Below are positions 1-11,510 of a DNA stretch of 64,000 nucleotides, piece by piece (the stretch's first letter is position 1; the number at the start of each line of letters is the position of its first letter). The stretch covers positions 248,001 through 312,000 of the forward strand of contig CDPCPM010000776.1 in assembly GCA_976551045.1 (NCBI GenBank), read 5' to 3'. The notes under the pieces were generated by a model. That model saw nothing but the letters and a program-made list of their open reading frames with translations. It did not search any database and had not been told where the DNA came from. The stretch comes from Glaucostegus cemiculus. Its lineage: Eukaryota. The translations under genes and the position numbers were made by a program.

Positions 1-1819
1 GGCTTTGGGGAATATTGGCAGTACTCGGATTAATTTAAGGAACATTACAGGGTTGTGGGCAGAGAGTACAGCAATAGGATTAGTTTGGGATTGGTACAGG
101 ACTTTGGGAGTGTGTAGGGTTTTGGGATTAATTTTGGGAATGATACAAGCAATGAAAAGAGCAGTGGTCCCAGTATGGCACGGAAACGTCTATCTAGGAA
201 GATCAGGATATTGGGATTATTTTGGGATTATTATGGGGGTAGGGGGAGAGCATGGGGCAGTGGAATGAAATTTAAGGGCTAGAGAGAGAGGGCAGTAACA
301 TTTGATTTGTATTGTTCTAGCCCTCTCTCATGCAGTGAACCTATGTAGTTCTAACTTTATAGATGTATTGCTCATATCTATGTTAATTTGTCATGTTATT
401 GATGGACAGTTGAAATACTTGTGTCAGTCTGATATATTTTTCCTGTAAATCTTTCAGAATGTTTTCTGAATTTACTTCTGAACTCCCCATACAGGGCTGT
501 GAGTTTCAGCACTTTGTCTAGTATTTCACTTGTGACAAGAGTCCAGCAAAGAACCAATCCTCACATCCACAGTTAGAGGGACTTTCATGTCTGCAGTGGT
601 GCTGGATTAATGGATGTCAAAATCCAGTCCATGTAAGCCATACCTGAGGGTCAGTGTCAGTACTGCCAAAGGCCAAGCTGTGAAATGCAATGCTGTCACC
701 AATCCCTGGCTAAGTGTCTAATACTAGCTATTATTGTATGTGCATTCCCATGAGGATGCCCTTGTTAGTCCCAACAGCTCTGTGATGCAAATTGGTGAAA
801 TGAAATGCACACCTTAGCAAACAAAGCCAACCTTTCTCTGATTCAATAACCTAAGAGAATTCAGCTGTTGGGAACCTGTTATAGGGCAATCATGTAACAC
901 ACAGCACAGATAAATTTTGCTTTATATCAACCAAGAGGACTCTGCAAGTGGACATGAAGAAAGAGAGGGTGGAGCGAGAGAGGGAAAAATGGAAAGTGCA
1001 GCAGTAAGAACATGGAGAAAGTTCTGGAGTCTGGAGTATCACAATCCCAGGGACCTCAAGAGATGAGGAGGAGGTCTCATTTGTGCACCACCAGGATTTC
1101 TTAGATTCGCTACTTCCAATAAATTACATACTCTACACAGTATAAACACAGAACACTGCTATCTCAAACTGAGGGAACTAAAGCCAAAAGAATCTCAACA
1201 ATTTAGAGTGCTACAGAACCAGATGAGCTGTAAATAATGCCAGATGCAAACACTTTCTCTAACTGGTCACTTTGATTTTTCTCATTGCATTAGCGCTTCA
1301 TAAAATGAATTTTGTTAAAATTTGCATTATGTTAATATGAGCTTACTCACTTTATGTAAGAGCTATTGTTCTGTAATATTAATAAATAGTTCTCAAATCC
1401 ATTTCTACCCTGTTCTCATGTTTCAGTTTTGTTTCACTTCAGTGAGGGTGGGCATAACTCCACTGGAGTGAGTTCAACTGCTCAGATTATTCAATCAAAA
1501 AAAAAATTAGCCAATTGCTTCTATCATGAGGGCAATGGACCAACAAAAGTCCAACATTCAGAGGCTTGAACATTTTCAATAGCATTCCATTGCTCAGTGT
1601 GGGGATATTTATTTAGCAGATAAATGAAGCTTGATTCATTGAAGTTACAATGGGCTGATATTAGTAGGTAAGGCATCTAATACTTTTTGAGTGGAAATAT
1701 TGACAGGAAGGAGTATTTAGTCCTGCTCCTTTTGATATACTGCCAAGAAAGTTAGTCCATATTGTCCCATGAGCCCCTTTGTTCAGCATTCTCAGACCAG
1801 CTAGTTTTAATTATGATGG

Positions 1820-1980
1820 AATCTGGAGGAACAAACAATCTACTGGAGGATCTAGCATGTTGAGCAACGTCTGTGAGAGGAAAGGAATTGTCGACCCAAA
1901 ATGTCTATAATTCCTTTCCTTCCCACAGATGCTGTTTAACCCATTGAGTTCCTCCGGTAGATTCTTTGTTGCTCTAGTTT
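1820..1980. mobile_element. Short imperfect palindromic element (Penelope-terminus-derived, MITE-like)
   Basis: Left arm agaacaaacaatctactggagga...gtctgtgagaggaaaggaatt is the approximate reverse complement of right arm aattcctttccttcccacagatg...tcctccggtagattctttgttgctct. Confidence 0.65.
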
Positions 1981-2225
1981 TAGTTAACGTTTTGCTGTCC
2001 TGACTCGCACTGCCCTTTGTCACCAACCCCAATTCCTGCAAAACACTGACACCCCATACCCCACCCACTGATCCATTTCCCCCATTGTCCCAATAGCCGC
2101 AGTCCCAGAACCTCTGAACCTTTCAATAACCAATTTCCTGAAAATCTGACTTCCCTGATTGCCCTGACCCCAGTCCTCAAATCTCTCTGGCCAGGACCCC
2201 TATTGCTCTGAGCCCTCAAAATCCT

Positions 2226-2420
2226 ATAAGACCATAAGATATAGAAGCAGAATTAGGCCATTCAGCCCATCGAGTCTGCTCCGCCATTCAATCACGGCTT
2301 ATTTGTTTCTTCTTAGCCCCATTCTCCCGCCCTCTCCCCATAACCTTTAACCCCATTACGAATCAAGAACCTGTCAATTTCTGCCTTAAATACACCCAAT
2401 GACTTGGCCTCCACAGTCCT
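2226..2420 (-). mobile_element. CR1-type LINE 3' end fragment
   Basis: ataagaccataaga tail followed by the recurrent 3'UTR motif aggccattcagccc...ctccgccattcaat, also seen at about 7660, 15345 and 42880. Confidence 0.65.
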
Positions 2421-2475
2421 GCATGGATGCCAATGGAGTCTCAGATCTCTAACTTCTTCTCAGGCTTCTTCAGAA

Positions 2476-3604
2476 GATCAGAGGTCGAGGTATCCAGGGG
2501 AGGTTGGCTGTGTGGATAAGAAATTGGCTTTCCTGTAGAAGGCAGAGGGTTATGGTGGAGGGAGTGCCCTCGGATTGGAGGGCTGTGACTAGTGGAGTCC
2601 CGCAGGGATCGGTTCTGGGGCCTCTACTCTTTGTTATATTCATAGATGATTTAGATGAAGGAGTGGAGGGATGGGTTGGTAAGTTTGCAGATGACACCAA
2701 GATCGGTGGTGTGGTAGATAGTGTGGAGGACTGTAGGAGCTTACAGGGGGATATTGATAGGATGCAGAACTGGGCTGACAGGTGGCAGATGGAGTTTAAT
2801 CTGGAGAAGTGTGAGGTGGTGCACTTTGGGAGGACAAACTCCAGGACAGAGTATAAGGTAAATGGCAAGGTTCTTGGCAGTGTAGAGGAGCAGAGGGATC
2901 TGGGGGTTCATATCCACAGTTCACTCAAAGTTGCCTCGCAGGTGGATAGGGCTGTTAAGAAGGCTTATGGGATGTTGGCTTTTATAAATAAAGGGATTGA
3001 GTTCAAGAGCAGAGAGGTGATGATGCTGCTTTACAAAACTCTAGTTAGGCCGCACTTGGAATATTGTGTTCAGTTCTGGTCGCTGCATTATAGGAAGGAT
3101 GTGGAGGCGTTGGAGAGGGTGCAGAGGCGATTTACCAGGATGATGCCTGGATTGGAGGGTATGGAATATAGAGGGAGGCTGAAGGTGCTAGGGCTCTACT
3201 CATTAGAGAGGAGGAGGATGAGAGGGGACTTGATAGAGGTGTTTAAGATATTGAGAGGAATAGATAGAGTTAATAGTCAGCGCCTCTTTCCCAGAGCGCA
3301 GATGCTCAAGACGAGAGGGCATGCCTTTAAGATAATTGGTGGAAAGTATAGGGGAGATGTCAGAGGGAAGTTTTTCACCCAGAGAGTGGTTGGTGCATGG
3401 AATGCACTGCCTGGGGTGGTAGTGGAGGCAGATACGTTGGACAGGTTTAAGAGATTGTTAGATAAGCACATGGAAGAATGTGGAATAGTAGGATATGAGG
3501 GTGGAAAGAGTTAGTTTGGGAGATGTTTGTAGGATGGCACAGCTTGATGGGCCGAAGGGCCTGTTCTGTGCTGTATTGTTCTATGTTCTATGTTCTATGT
3601 TCTA
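2476..3604 (+). mobile_element. 5'-truncated young CR1-clade LINE (RT C-terminal half intact)
   Basis: 336-aa ORF 2504-3514 with GVPQGSVLGPLLF, KFADDTK, LVRPHLEYCVQFW, followed by a short 3'UTR and a (TTCTATG)n tail at about 3579-3604. Confidence 0.95.
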
Positions 3605-4049
3605 ACCGTTCGTATCTCCCACAGGGCATTGATCAAACACCCCTGAGCTCTGAGCTTCCACTGCAGAACCGACTTCTCCCCCCAACCGCACCACCAGCCT
3701 CAGGGCTTGACTGGGCATCCAGTGCAACACATCCACCCATCCTCCCTAGGCCCAGACTAGGGCTCTGACTGCCTGCTACCCTCTCCCCAACTTGTTTTGC
3801 ACCCCTTATATAGAGCACTACCTGCAGCAGTCTACAGTTTCCAGGCCCAGGTTTTTTTTTGGTTGATGGATAAATGGTCATGACATCAGGGAGATCTCAC
3901 CTGTTCTTCTTCAAGTAGTGAAATGGGATGTTTTACAGCCACCTGAGCGAGGAGGTATGGTCTCTGTTTACGCTGCATAGAAAAGGCTGCAGCCTGGAAA
4001 TTCATCCTGACCAGTGCCACTAAACTGACATGATCACACTGGAAAGGGG

Positions 4050-4495
4050 CGTTGAGAAGATTCACGGGGATGCTACCCAGGATGGAACATTTCACTTGTG
4101 ACAAGAGGCAGTGCCTGCTTTTCTGGGAGCAGAGGCTGAGGTTAGAGGTGTACAGCATTATGAGAGGCATGGGTAGGATGGATGGTAAGAAACCTTTCCC
4201 CATGGCAGAGGTGTCCAACATCAGAGGGCATTCAGTGGAAGAGATTTGGAGGAGACCTGGGGGAATTTTTTCACCCAGAGGGTGGTTGCAATTTGGAACG
4301 CACTACCTGAGAAGGTGGTGAAGTCAGGTAGTCTCACAACACTTAAGGAGCATTTAGACAAGCACTTGAATCGCTGAAGGATAATAGACTTTGGACCAAG
4401 TGCTGGCAAAAGGGATTAATAAAGATAGGTACTTCAACGACAGCATAGATATGATGTGCCATAGGACCTGTTTCTGTGTTGTGTGATTCTATTAT
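4050..4495 (+). mobile_element. Degraded CR1 LINE 3' fragment
   Basis: RRFTGMLPRME...LRLEVYSIMRG and FFTQRVVAIWNALPEKVV match the end of the 2504-3514 ORF; the 3'UTR motif follows. Confidence 0.85.
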
Positions 4496-5813
4496 TCATT
4501 GATAATGTCAATGCATTATGCTTTGACTCTGGAATTTAGTTTTACTTACCTGAAGGATTGCATTATAGTGTTAGCAGGTATGTCTATATTATATGTTCAG
4601 TACACCCAGGATAAATCTCTAGCCGGATCTCCGACAGTGTAGTACCCTCTCAGTACTGGATTGGGATGCTCATCCAGACTTTGTGCTCAGGTCCCTGGAA
4701 TGTAACATGAATGCAGAGCCTTCCAGCTCACTGATGATACTGCCTTCTCGGAGATGAGCGACAGTCAGGAGGAATATTATTTTTAACTTTAATGCATGAC
4801 ACTCAAGTGATCATTTCTGAGAACCAGCCTGTACGATGGCCAGAGTGAAGGAAACGTGCACAAAGAGATAAGATGTTCTTGTGGTATGACCAAACAAGAA
4901 GATAGTCTTTCCTTTCAGCTGGAGAAAGAATACTTGCTTCATTCACTGCGAGGATCAAGGTACTTTCTTAATTTAATTAACAACAAAATTTAATTTTAAA
5001 ACTGATATGAAATTAGCAATTTGTTCAATTGATTTTAGATTTGGGGGCATTTGAAATTTTGGGCAAAAGATATAAGGAGGACAGGAGTGGATATGTTTTT
5101 ATATGATCTGAAGCTCATTGCCTGCAAAGATAATGATGAAAATAATTAAGCAGGGTTTCCATGGTGGGATTGTATGGGAAAAAGGAAAAAGAATGTTCTA
5201 ATTCACATGAAAGAATAATAATCTTAGAAGGTTTGAATTCCTGTTTATATTTTAATTATTTTTGATAGTTGTTTTTAGGTATTAATGCAGAGACTCAATT
5301 CAAAATGTAAAAATCCCTTCTCCTTGGTGAAAATAAATAGTGAAAATGTGACTCAAAAGAATAACTACCTGAATTGCCCTGCAGATATTGGTGAGGGTTA
5401 TGGTCAGGTATAAGCTGCTGTGTTAACATATACCACATAACCGATCTTTGAACAGTAGGGACAAATGGGTTCCTGACTCCCCTGCGAGGGCAGAAATGTA
5501 ATGAAGGGAATAGAGAGAGAAGGGAAAGAAACAGTTAAACTCTGTCTTCGGCTACGAGGCTTATTTAAAAAAAACATATTTTCAGTTATGCCCCTTTAGT
5601 GGTCCAACATAAAAACCTTACAGGATCCGGGATTTGAGTGATAAACGTCATCTCAATGACCTCTGATGTTTATGCAAGCTGTGAATGTAGTTGAAAAAAC
5701 ATTATTGTTTAAATATCTAGTTGCAGGTCAATTATTCCTTATTCAGTCAGAATTTTGCCTGGGCTGCCACGCAGATTCTACTCAGAAAGAGCTTGGAAGA
5801 AAAGTGCAACAAA

Positions 5814-5904
5814 ATGAATTGTAACATATTGCTACAGGCTGTTCTACTAACTTTATGCATCACCTGGAGCAGGCAAGCAGCTAACCGTTCCCTAGAATAT
5901 GATG
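5814..5904 (+). CDS. F2RL3: PAR-family receptor gene A, coding exon 1 (signal peptide)
   Basis: aaaATG at 5814 encodes MNCNILLQAVLLTLCITWSRQAANRSLEYD, a hydrophobic signal-like peptide. It ends G|GTAAGT (donor 5905), phase 1, and joins the 17561 acceptor in frame as G+AT=Asp. The short-exon-1/large-exon-2 layout is typical of PAR genes. Symbol is tentative (PAR4-like versus PAR3-like). Confidence 0.85.
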
Positions 5905-6244
5905 GTAAGTATTTTTTCTTTTAATGTAACTCTATCCCTGTCTAAACATGAAGAATGTTCTACCAGAAATTATGCCGCTGGTTTCTGATACTTTGTACAT
6001 GTTGGGATGTCTGAGATGAATAACCATATGGGTCTTCGTTCTGGGTAACTCACACAGTAGCAACTTGTCAGGAGGCATCAACCCAACCAAAGGGCATCTT
6101 AGAATGATCTACACAATAGGAGAAGAAGAAAAATGATTGTACGTTTTTGGGATAATAGAGACAAACCTGGGTGGGAGAAGGGGGAGAAGGCAGAAGGTGC
6201 TTCTGGAGGATGAAGCACTTCTGGATAGTGTGTACCTGGAGGGT

Positions 6245-6707
6245 GCAGTACATCTGGACAGTGCTGTGTGTGTGGTGGGTGCATTAAGTCAGGACTGTGC
6301 TGTGTGTGTAGTGGGTGTAGTACATCTGGACTGTGCTGTGTGTGTGGTGGGTGCATTAAGTCAGGACTGTGCTGTGTGTGTAGTGGGTGTAGTACATCTG
6401 GACTGTGCTGTGTGTGTAGTGGGTGTAGTACATCTGGACTGTGCTGTGTGTGTAGTGGGTGTAGTACATCTGGACTGTGCTGTGTGTGTAGTGGGTGTAG
6501 TACATCTGGACAGTGCTGTGTGTGTGGTGGGTGCATTAAGTCAGGACTGTGCTGTGTGTGTAGTGGGTGTAGTACATCTGGACTGTGCTGTGTGTGTAGT
6601 GGGTGTAGTACATCTGGACAGTGCTGTGTGTGTGGTGGGTGCATTAAGTCAGGACTGTGCTGTGTGTGTAGTGGGTGTAGTACATCTGGACTGTGCTGTG
6701 TGTGTGG
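6245..6707. repeat. 36-bp minisatellite, about 13 copies, two interspersed unit variants
   Basis: Unit ggactgtgctgtgtgtgtagtgggtgtagtacatct alternates with variant ...gtggtgggtgcattaagtca; lies in intron 1 of gene A. Confidence 0.95.
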
Positions 6708-7061
6708 ACAGTGTGGTGTGTCTGGAAGGTTCAGTGTGGCTGGATGGTGCCGAGTATTTGGAGTGCAGAATGTGTCAGGAGGACATGCTGTGCCTGTTTT
6801 ACTAAATTAATTTCGGGGATAAAGGTATCATTTTCAGGGTCAGTTTTTATTGTCACAGAGGTGGGGGTGAGTTGCCTGCTTGGACCATTGTGGTGAATGT
6901 GCTCCCACAGACATGTTGAGTCAGGAGTTCCAAGATTTAGACCAGTACCAATACCAGCTAATGCTGGCAGTAACTTACAGGCACTAACACTGACTGGCTA
7001 CAGCAATGACTGGTATGTAATAATCACTAATTGTTCCTCATACTGATCGATATTAGCACTA

Positions 7062-7475
7062 ACTGTATACAGTAAGTGGCAGGACCCTTAGGAGGATTTA
7101 TGCACAGAGGGATCTGGGGGTGCAAACCCACAGCTCCCTGAAAGTGGCAACTCAAGTAGATAGGGTGGGGAAGGTGTACGACTTACTTGCCTTCATTGGT
7201 TGGGGTGCTGAATGTAAAAGTTGGGAAGTCATGTTGTAACTTGATTAGGTCACATTTGGAGTATGTGTGCAGTTCTGGTCACCACCTTGCAGGAAAGATG
7301 TAGGGGTTTTGGAAAGAGTGCAGAAGAGGTTCACTAGGATGTGGTTTAGAAAGTATTAACTCGGGGGTGGAGGGACTTGGATTATTTCCTCTGGAGTGCC
7401 GGAGGATGAGGGGCAACCCGACAGAAGTATATAAAATGACTTGAGGCATGGAAAGGGTAGAGAGTGAGGGTCTTT
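7062..7475 (+). mobile_element. Degraded CR1 LINE fragment
   Basis: cagagggatctgggggtgc...ctgaaagtggcaactcaagtagataggg...tgtgcagttctggtcacc...agagtgcagaagaggttcac parallels 2890-3140. Confidence 0.8.
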
Positions 7476-7659
7476 TCCTTGCTTGTTGTTTTTGTGTGTA
7501 CACACAATGGAAATTCTATCTGCATGTTTTGTTTCTTGGAGGAAAGATGAGAACAATGTCAGATGGCATCAGAACAAATGGTGCCTCATTGCCAGTACTT
7601 GCTGGACTGCCTGATGCGATCCTGTTAGTACGTGGCTATACGGGTTGGTTTTTGGGGTC

Positions 7660-8740
7660 ATAAGACTATAAGACCATAGGACATAGGGATATAAGCAGGC
7701 CGATCAACCCCTTGAGCTTGATCTGCCATTCAGTAGGGTCATAGGTGATCTGACATTCTCCATCCACTTTCCTGCCCTCTCCCCATAATGCATGAATCCC
7801 TTACAATTAGAAATCTAATTCAGCCTGGGATATACCTAAGGAATCTATCCCTACGGCTCTGTGGCAAAGGAGTTCCAAAACCATTTGAGAGAATTTTTTT
7901 TCCCTCCTCCCAGTTTTCTAAGTGTGCCCTCTTATAGAATCATAGGGTCATACCGCATGGAAACAGGCCATTCGGCCCAACTTCTCCACACTGGCCAGTG
8001 GACACCCTTCCATATTAACCCTATCCCCCAGCCCTTGGTCCATAGTTCAACATGCCTAAGCAATTCAAGTGCTCATCTAGGCACTTAACTGCTGTCAGTG
8101 ACCCAGCTTCAACCAGTCTCCCCAGCAGTGCATTCCAGGTGCTTACCACTCTCTGGGTGAAGAGGTTCCCTTCAGGTCCCTCTGACTCTATTCCTGCTCA
8201 TTCTAAACATATGCCCTCTAGTTTTATTTTCCTCTGATATGAGGAAACGTTTCTGCAGTCTACCCTATCTATACCCCTCATAATTTTAAAATATTTTAAT
8301 CATGTCTCCTCTTGAACTTTTAAATCAATCTCCCTCATGGGACCTTGCCATGTAAGTTACATCTACTACCCTGCTCTCATTGAAACACTTTGTTGCCTCT
8401 TTGAAGAATTCAATCAAATAGGTCAGACAGGAGAAAGCTGCCCCTGCCTTTCCAAGTGGTCATTAATCCTCTCCCTCCGATCTTTGTCAGCCCTCTGATG
8501 TTAAGCTCATGAGTCTATTATTACCAGACTTTTCCTTGCCGCCTTTCTTGAAAATGGACACACTGTTTACTGTCCTCCAGCCTTCTGGTACCTCACTTGT
8601 GTTCAGCATAGATTTAACAATTTCAGATAGAGCCCACCCAATCCCTTTCCTTGCCTCCCACAGCAGCCTGGGATAATCCTGGCCAATCCCAGGAATTTAA
8701 CCACATGTAAACCTACCAAGGCATCAAGTACCTCCTCCTC
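7660..8740 (-). mobile_element. Cluster of antisense CR1 fragments
   Basis: Two antisense 3' tails (about 7660 and 7935) and WNAL/TQRVV-type motif gcattccaggtgcttaccactctctgggtgaaga; more degraded ORF2 sequence continues to about 8740. Confidence 0.7.
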
Positions 8741-8779
8741 ATTTTTTAAAATTTATTATAAGTTTTTTCCTTCTAATTT

Positions 8780-9032
8780 AATTTTTAATTTAATTTTTAT
8801 TTAGAGCATGGTAACAGGCCCTTTCGGCCCTCCGAGTCTACGCCGCCCATTTTTAACCCCCAAATTAACCTATCCGTACATCTTTCAGAACGTGGGAGGA
8901 AACCGGAGTACCCAGAGGAAACCCACGCAGACACGGGAAAACGTACAAACTCCTTACAGTCAGCGATGGGAATCGAACCCCGATCGCTGGCGCTGTAACA
9001 GCGTCGTGCTAACCGCTACGCTATTGTGCCGC
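8780..9032 (-). mobile_element. tRNA-derived SINE (V-SINE/HE1-like)
   Basis: Reverse strand begins gcggcacaaTAGCGTAGCGG (A box)...GGTTCGATTCC (B box), then core tgcgtgggtttcctctgggtactccggtttcctcccac and an A-rich end; CpG-rich, so probably young. Confidence 0.9.
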
Positions 9033-9039
9033 TATCGTT

Positions 9040-9880
9040 CTGGTTCTGGACTGTCCCGTGAGAGGAAGCATCCTCCCAGCATTTACCTTTTCTAACCTCT
9101 TAAGGATTGAAGTTTCAATAAAACTCTCTCTCATTCATCTAGGTTTCAATGAGTAGCATCCCAATCTGTTCAACCTTTTGTCAAAGGACAATCTCTCCAC
9201 ACCCCGATCAGCCTGGTGAACCTTCTTTGAACCTCATCCAACAAAATAATATAACTTTCTTAAAGATGACTAACACTTTTCACAGTACTCTAAATGTGGT
9301 GCTTTGTACATTTGCAATAAGACTTTTCTATTTTTATACTCTTGAAGTAAGAGCGTGAATTTCAAAAACCTTCCCTAAAACCTGCTGTACATGAGCGCTG
9401 GTTTTCTGTGACTTGACTTGCAAGGGGTCTCAACCCCTTTCAGCTGCAGCTTTCTGCTGTTCTCTTAATTTTAAACAATGCTCTGTTCTTTTGTTCTTCT
9501 GTCCAAAGTGAACAACTTCACACTTTCACACCTTATACTCCACTTGTCAATTTTTTGCCCATTCACTTGGACTATCAATATCTCTGTAAACTCTTTGTAT
9601 CCTTCTTGCAACTTGCCTTCCTAACTATTTCTGTACCTTCTGCAAATGTGGCTACCGTACATGTGCTTCCTTCCTCTAAACCATTAATATGTAAACAGTT
9701 ACGGTCCCGATACTGATCCCGTGGTATTCCACTGATTACAGTTTGTCAGGCTGAAAATGGCCCCCTTATCCGTACCCACCACTTTCTGCCCGTTAGTCCA
9801 TGCTGATATATTATCTCCAGGACCATGTGCTCTTATTTTGTGACCTAATCTTTTGTGAGGCACCTTGGATTTGGAAAACA
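9040..9880 (-). mobile_element. Degraded CR1 LINE RT fragment
   Basis: Reverse strand retains HKRLGHKIRAHG and GIPRGSVSGP-like (GVPQGSVLGP) remnants. Confidence 0.7.
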
Positions 9881-10093
9881 ATAAGTTCTTGAGTTCCTGT
9901 TGAATCAGCCTGGTCCTTTGTAAAGAAGACTGCTGATGTTCAGGACTTAATTTATAAACTGGTACATTCATCTAAAATTACACTATACATGCTGATGTGG
10001 CCTTGCAAAGATTGCTCAGCTGGGTGAGTGCTGTGTTCAGGCTGGCTTGGGATTCTGGATGGATCCACCCATTTCTACACAAAGTCTCACCAG

Positions 10094-10400
10094 GTATTGG
10101 TATTGGTATTGGTTTATTATTGTCACTTGTACCGAGGTACAGTGAAAAACTTGTCTTACAAATTGATCACACAGGTCAATTCATTACACAGCACAGTTAC
10201 ATTGAGTTAGTACAAAGTGCATTGATGTAGTACAGGTAAAAACAGCAACAGTACAGAGTAAAGTGTCACAGCTACAGAGAAAGTGCAGTGCAATAAGGCG
10301 CAAGGTCAAAATAAGGTAGATTGTGAGGTTATAGTCCATCTCATTGTATAAGGGAACCATTCAATAGCTTTATCACAGTGGGGTAGAAGCTGTCCTTAGT
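10094..10400 (-). mobile_element. Rex1/Babar-type LINE 3' end
   Basis: (ggtatt)3 tail plus sequence that is the reverse complement of the 29690-29995 3'UTR. Confidence 0.85.
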
Positions 10401-10924
10401 TCAGTGCCATATGTTTTGACAGTATTTTCAGCAAACATTTGTTGTATTGTCAAATGACAGCTTGTACCATGGGCTGTATTCTGCTACTAATAAATATGGC
10501 CTCATTGTTTCTCCTTCCAATGCTGCTGCAATGATTTCCGGTGGGAGAGTCCCATGGAAAGAAGGTGGCTCCTCTCAAAACATCCTTGAAGGTTTTACAG
10601 AAATAAAATACTTTTTTATGCACACTCTCTCTAATAAAAGCTCAATTTTCCAACAGGTGCCAGACTTGAGGTTATCTAACTACGCTGGTTAATCAAGAGT
10701 TAGTTCAGCCAATCCCTCAGCACTGCCCTTCCATTGCTTCCTTGACACTGCCCCTCCATTAGCCCAGCTTCTCCCTCCACCCTACCCCTCTGTCAGTCAG
10801 GCTGCTCCCTCCGCCCTGGCTGTGTGTTGGCCCAGTCACCGACCCTCCATCAGCCTGGCTGCTCCCTTGGTACTGCCTATTTGTCAGCTCAGGAACTCCC
10901 TCCATGCAGCCAGTTACTACAGTG

Positions 10925-11510
10925 TGTCGGACTGCAAAATACCAGATACCAAAACCTTTACTGTATTATAACTTGCACCTCCCAAACCTACCACTACTGC
11001 CTCCACAGAGGACAAAGGCAGCAGGTAGAGAGAAATACCAGCCCCTGCAGATTCCCCTCCCTGTCACACACCAAACCATCTCAGAAATAAATCACTGCTC
11101 CTTCATTGTCGCTGAGGCTAACAACTGGAGCTCCCTCTCTAGCAGCACAGTGGGAGCACAAAATGTCTGCAGCAGTACAAGAGGGTGGCTCACCAAGGAA
11201 GAGGAAACACAGAACGCTGAAAGAACTCAGTAGATCAAGCAGCGCCCGTAGAGGCAAAAAGACATGTTGGGTCAAGTCCCTGCATCAGGACTGAGATGAC
11301 TAATGCAGGTCTTGACCCAAAATGTCGGGTTACATATATTTTCTCCACAGATGCTGCCTGACCTACTGAGCTCTTCCAGCTTTCTGTTTTTTGTTCTAGA
11401 TTCCAATATTTGCAGTGTCTTTTGTCTTTCCTTTCAAGGAGGATTTGGATGGGCAATAAATGCAGGCATTGCCAGCACCGCCCTTAGCCTAAACAATAAA
11501 TAAAAAAAAC
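10925..11510 (+). mobile_element. Old LINE 3' end interrupted by a palindromic element (about 11205-11420)
   Basis: ggctcacca...ggatgggcaataaatgcaggcattgccagc 3' motif, also at 54585(-) and 61230, is split by an inverted-repeat element. Confidence 0.65.

Noticed and set aside
5-268. 87-aa ORF at the window start
   Set aside because: Non-ATG start, G/T-biased low-complexity sequence, no recognisable protein.
6099-6810. 180-222 aa Cys-rich and His-rich ORFs resembling metallothionein or keratin-associated proteins
   Set aside because: They arise from a 36-bp minisatellite open in several frames on both strands, with no ATG-anchored gene structure; intronic.
8960-9032. tRNA-like sequences (also 54925 and 57213)
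   Set aside because: They continue into SINE core and tail sequences, so they are SINE heads and not tRNA genes.
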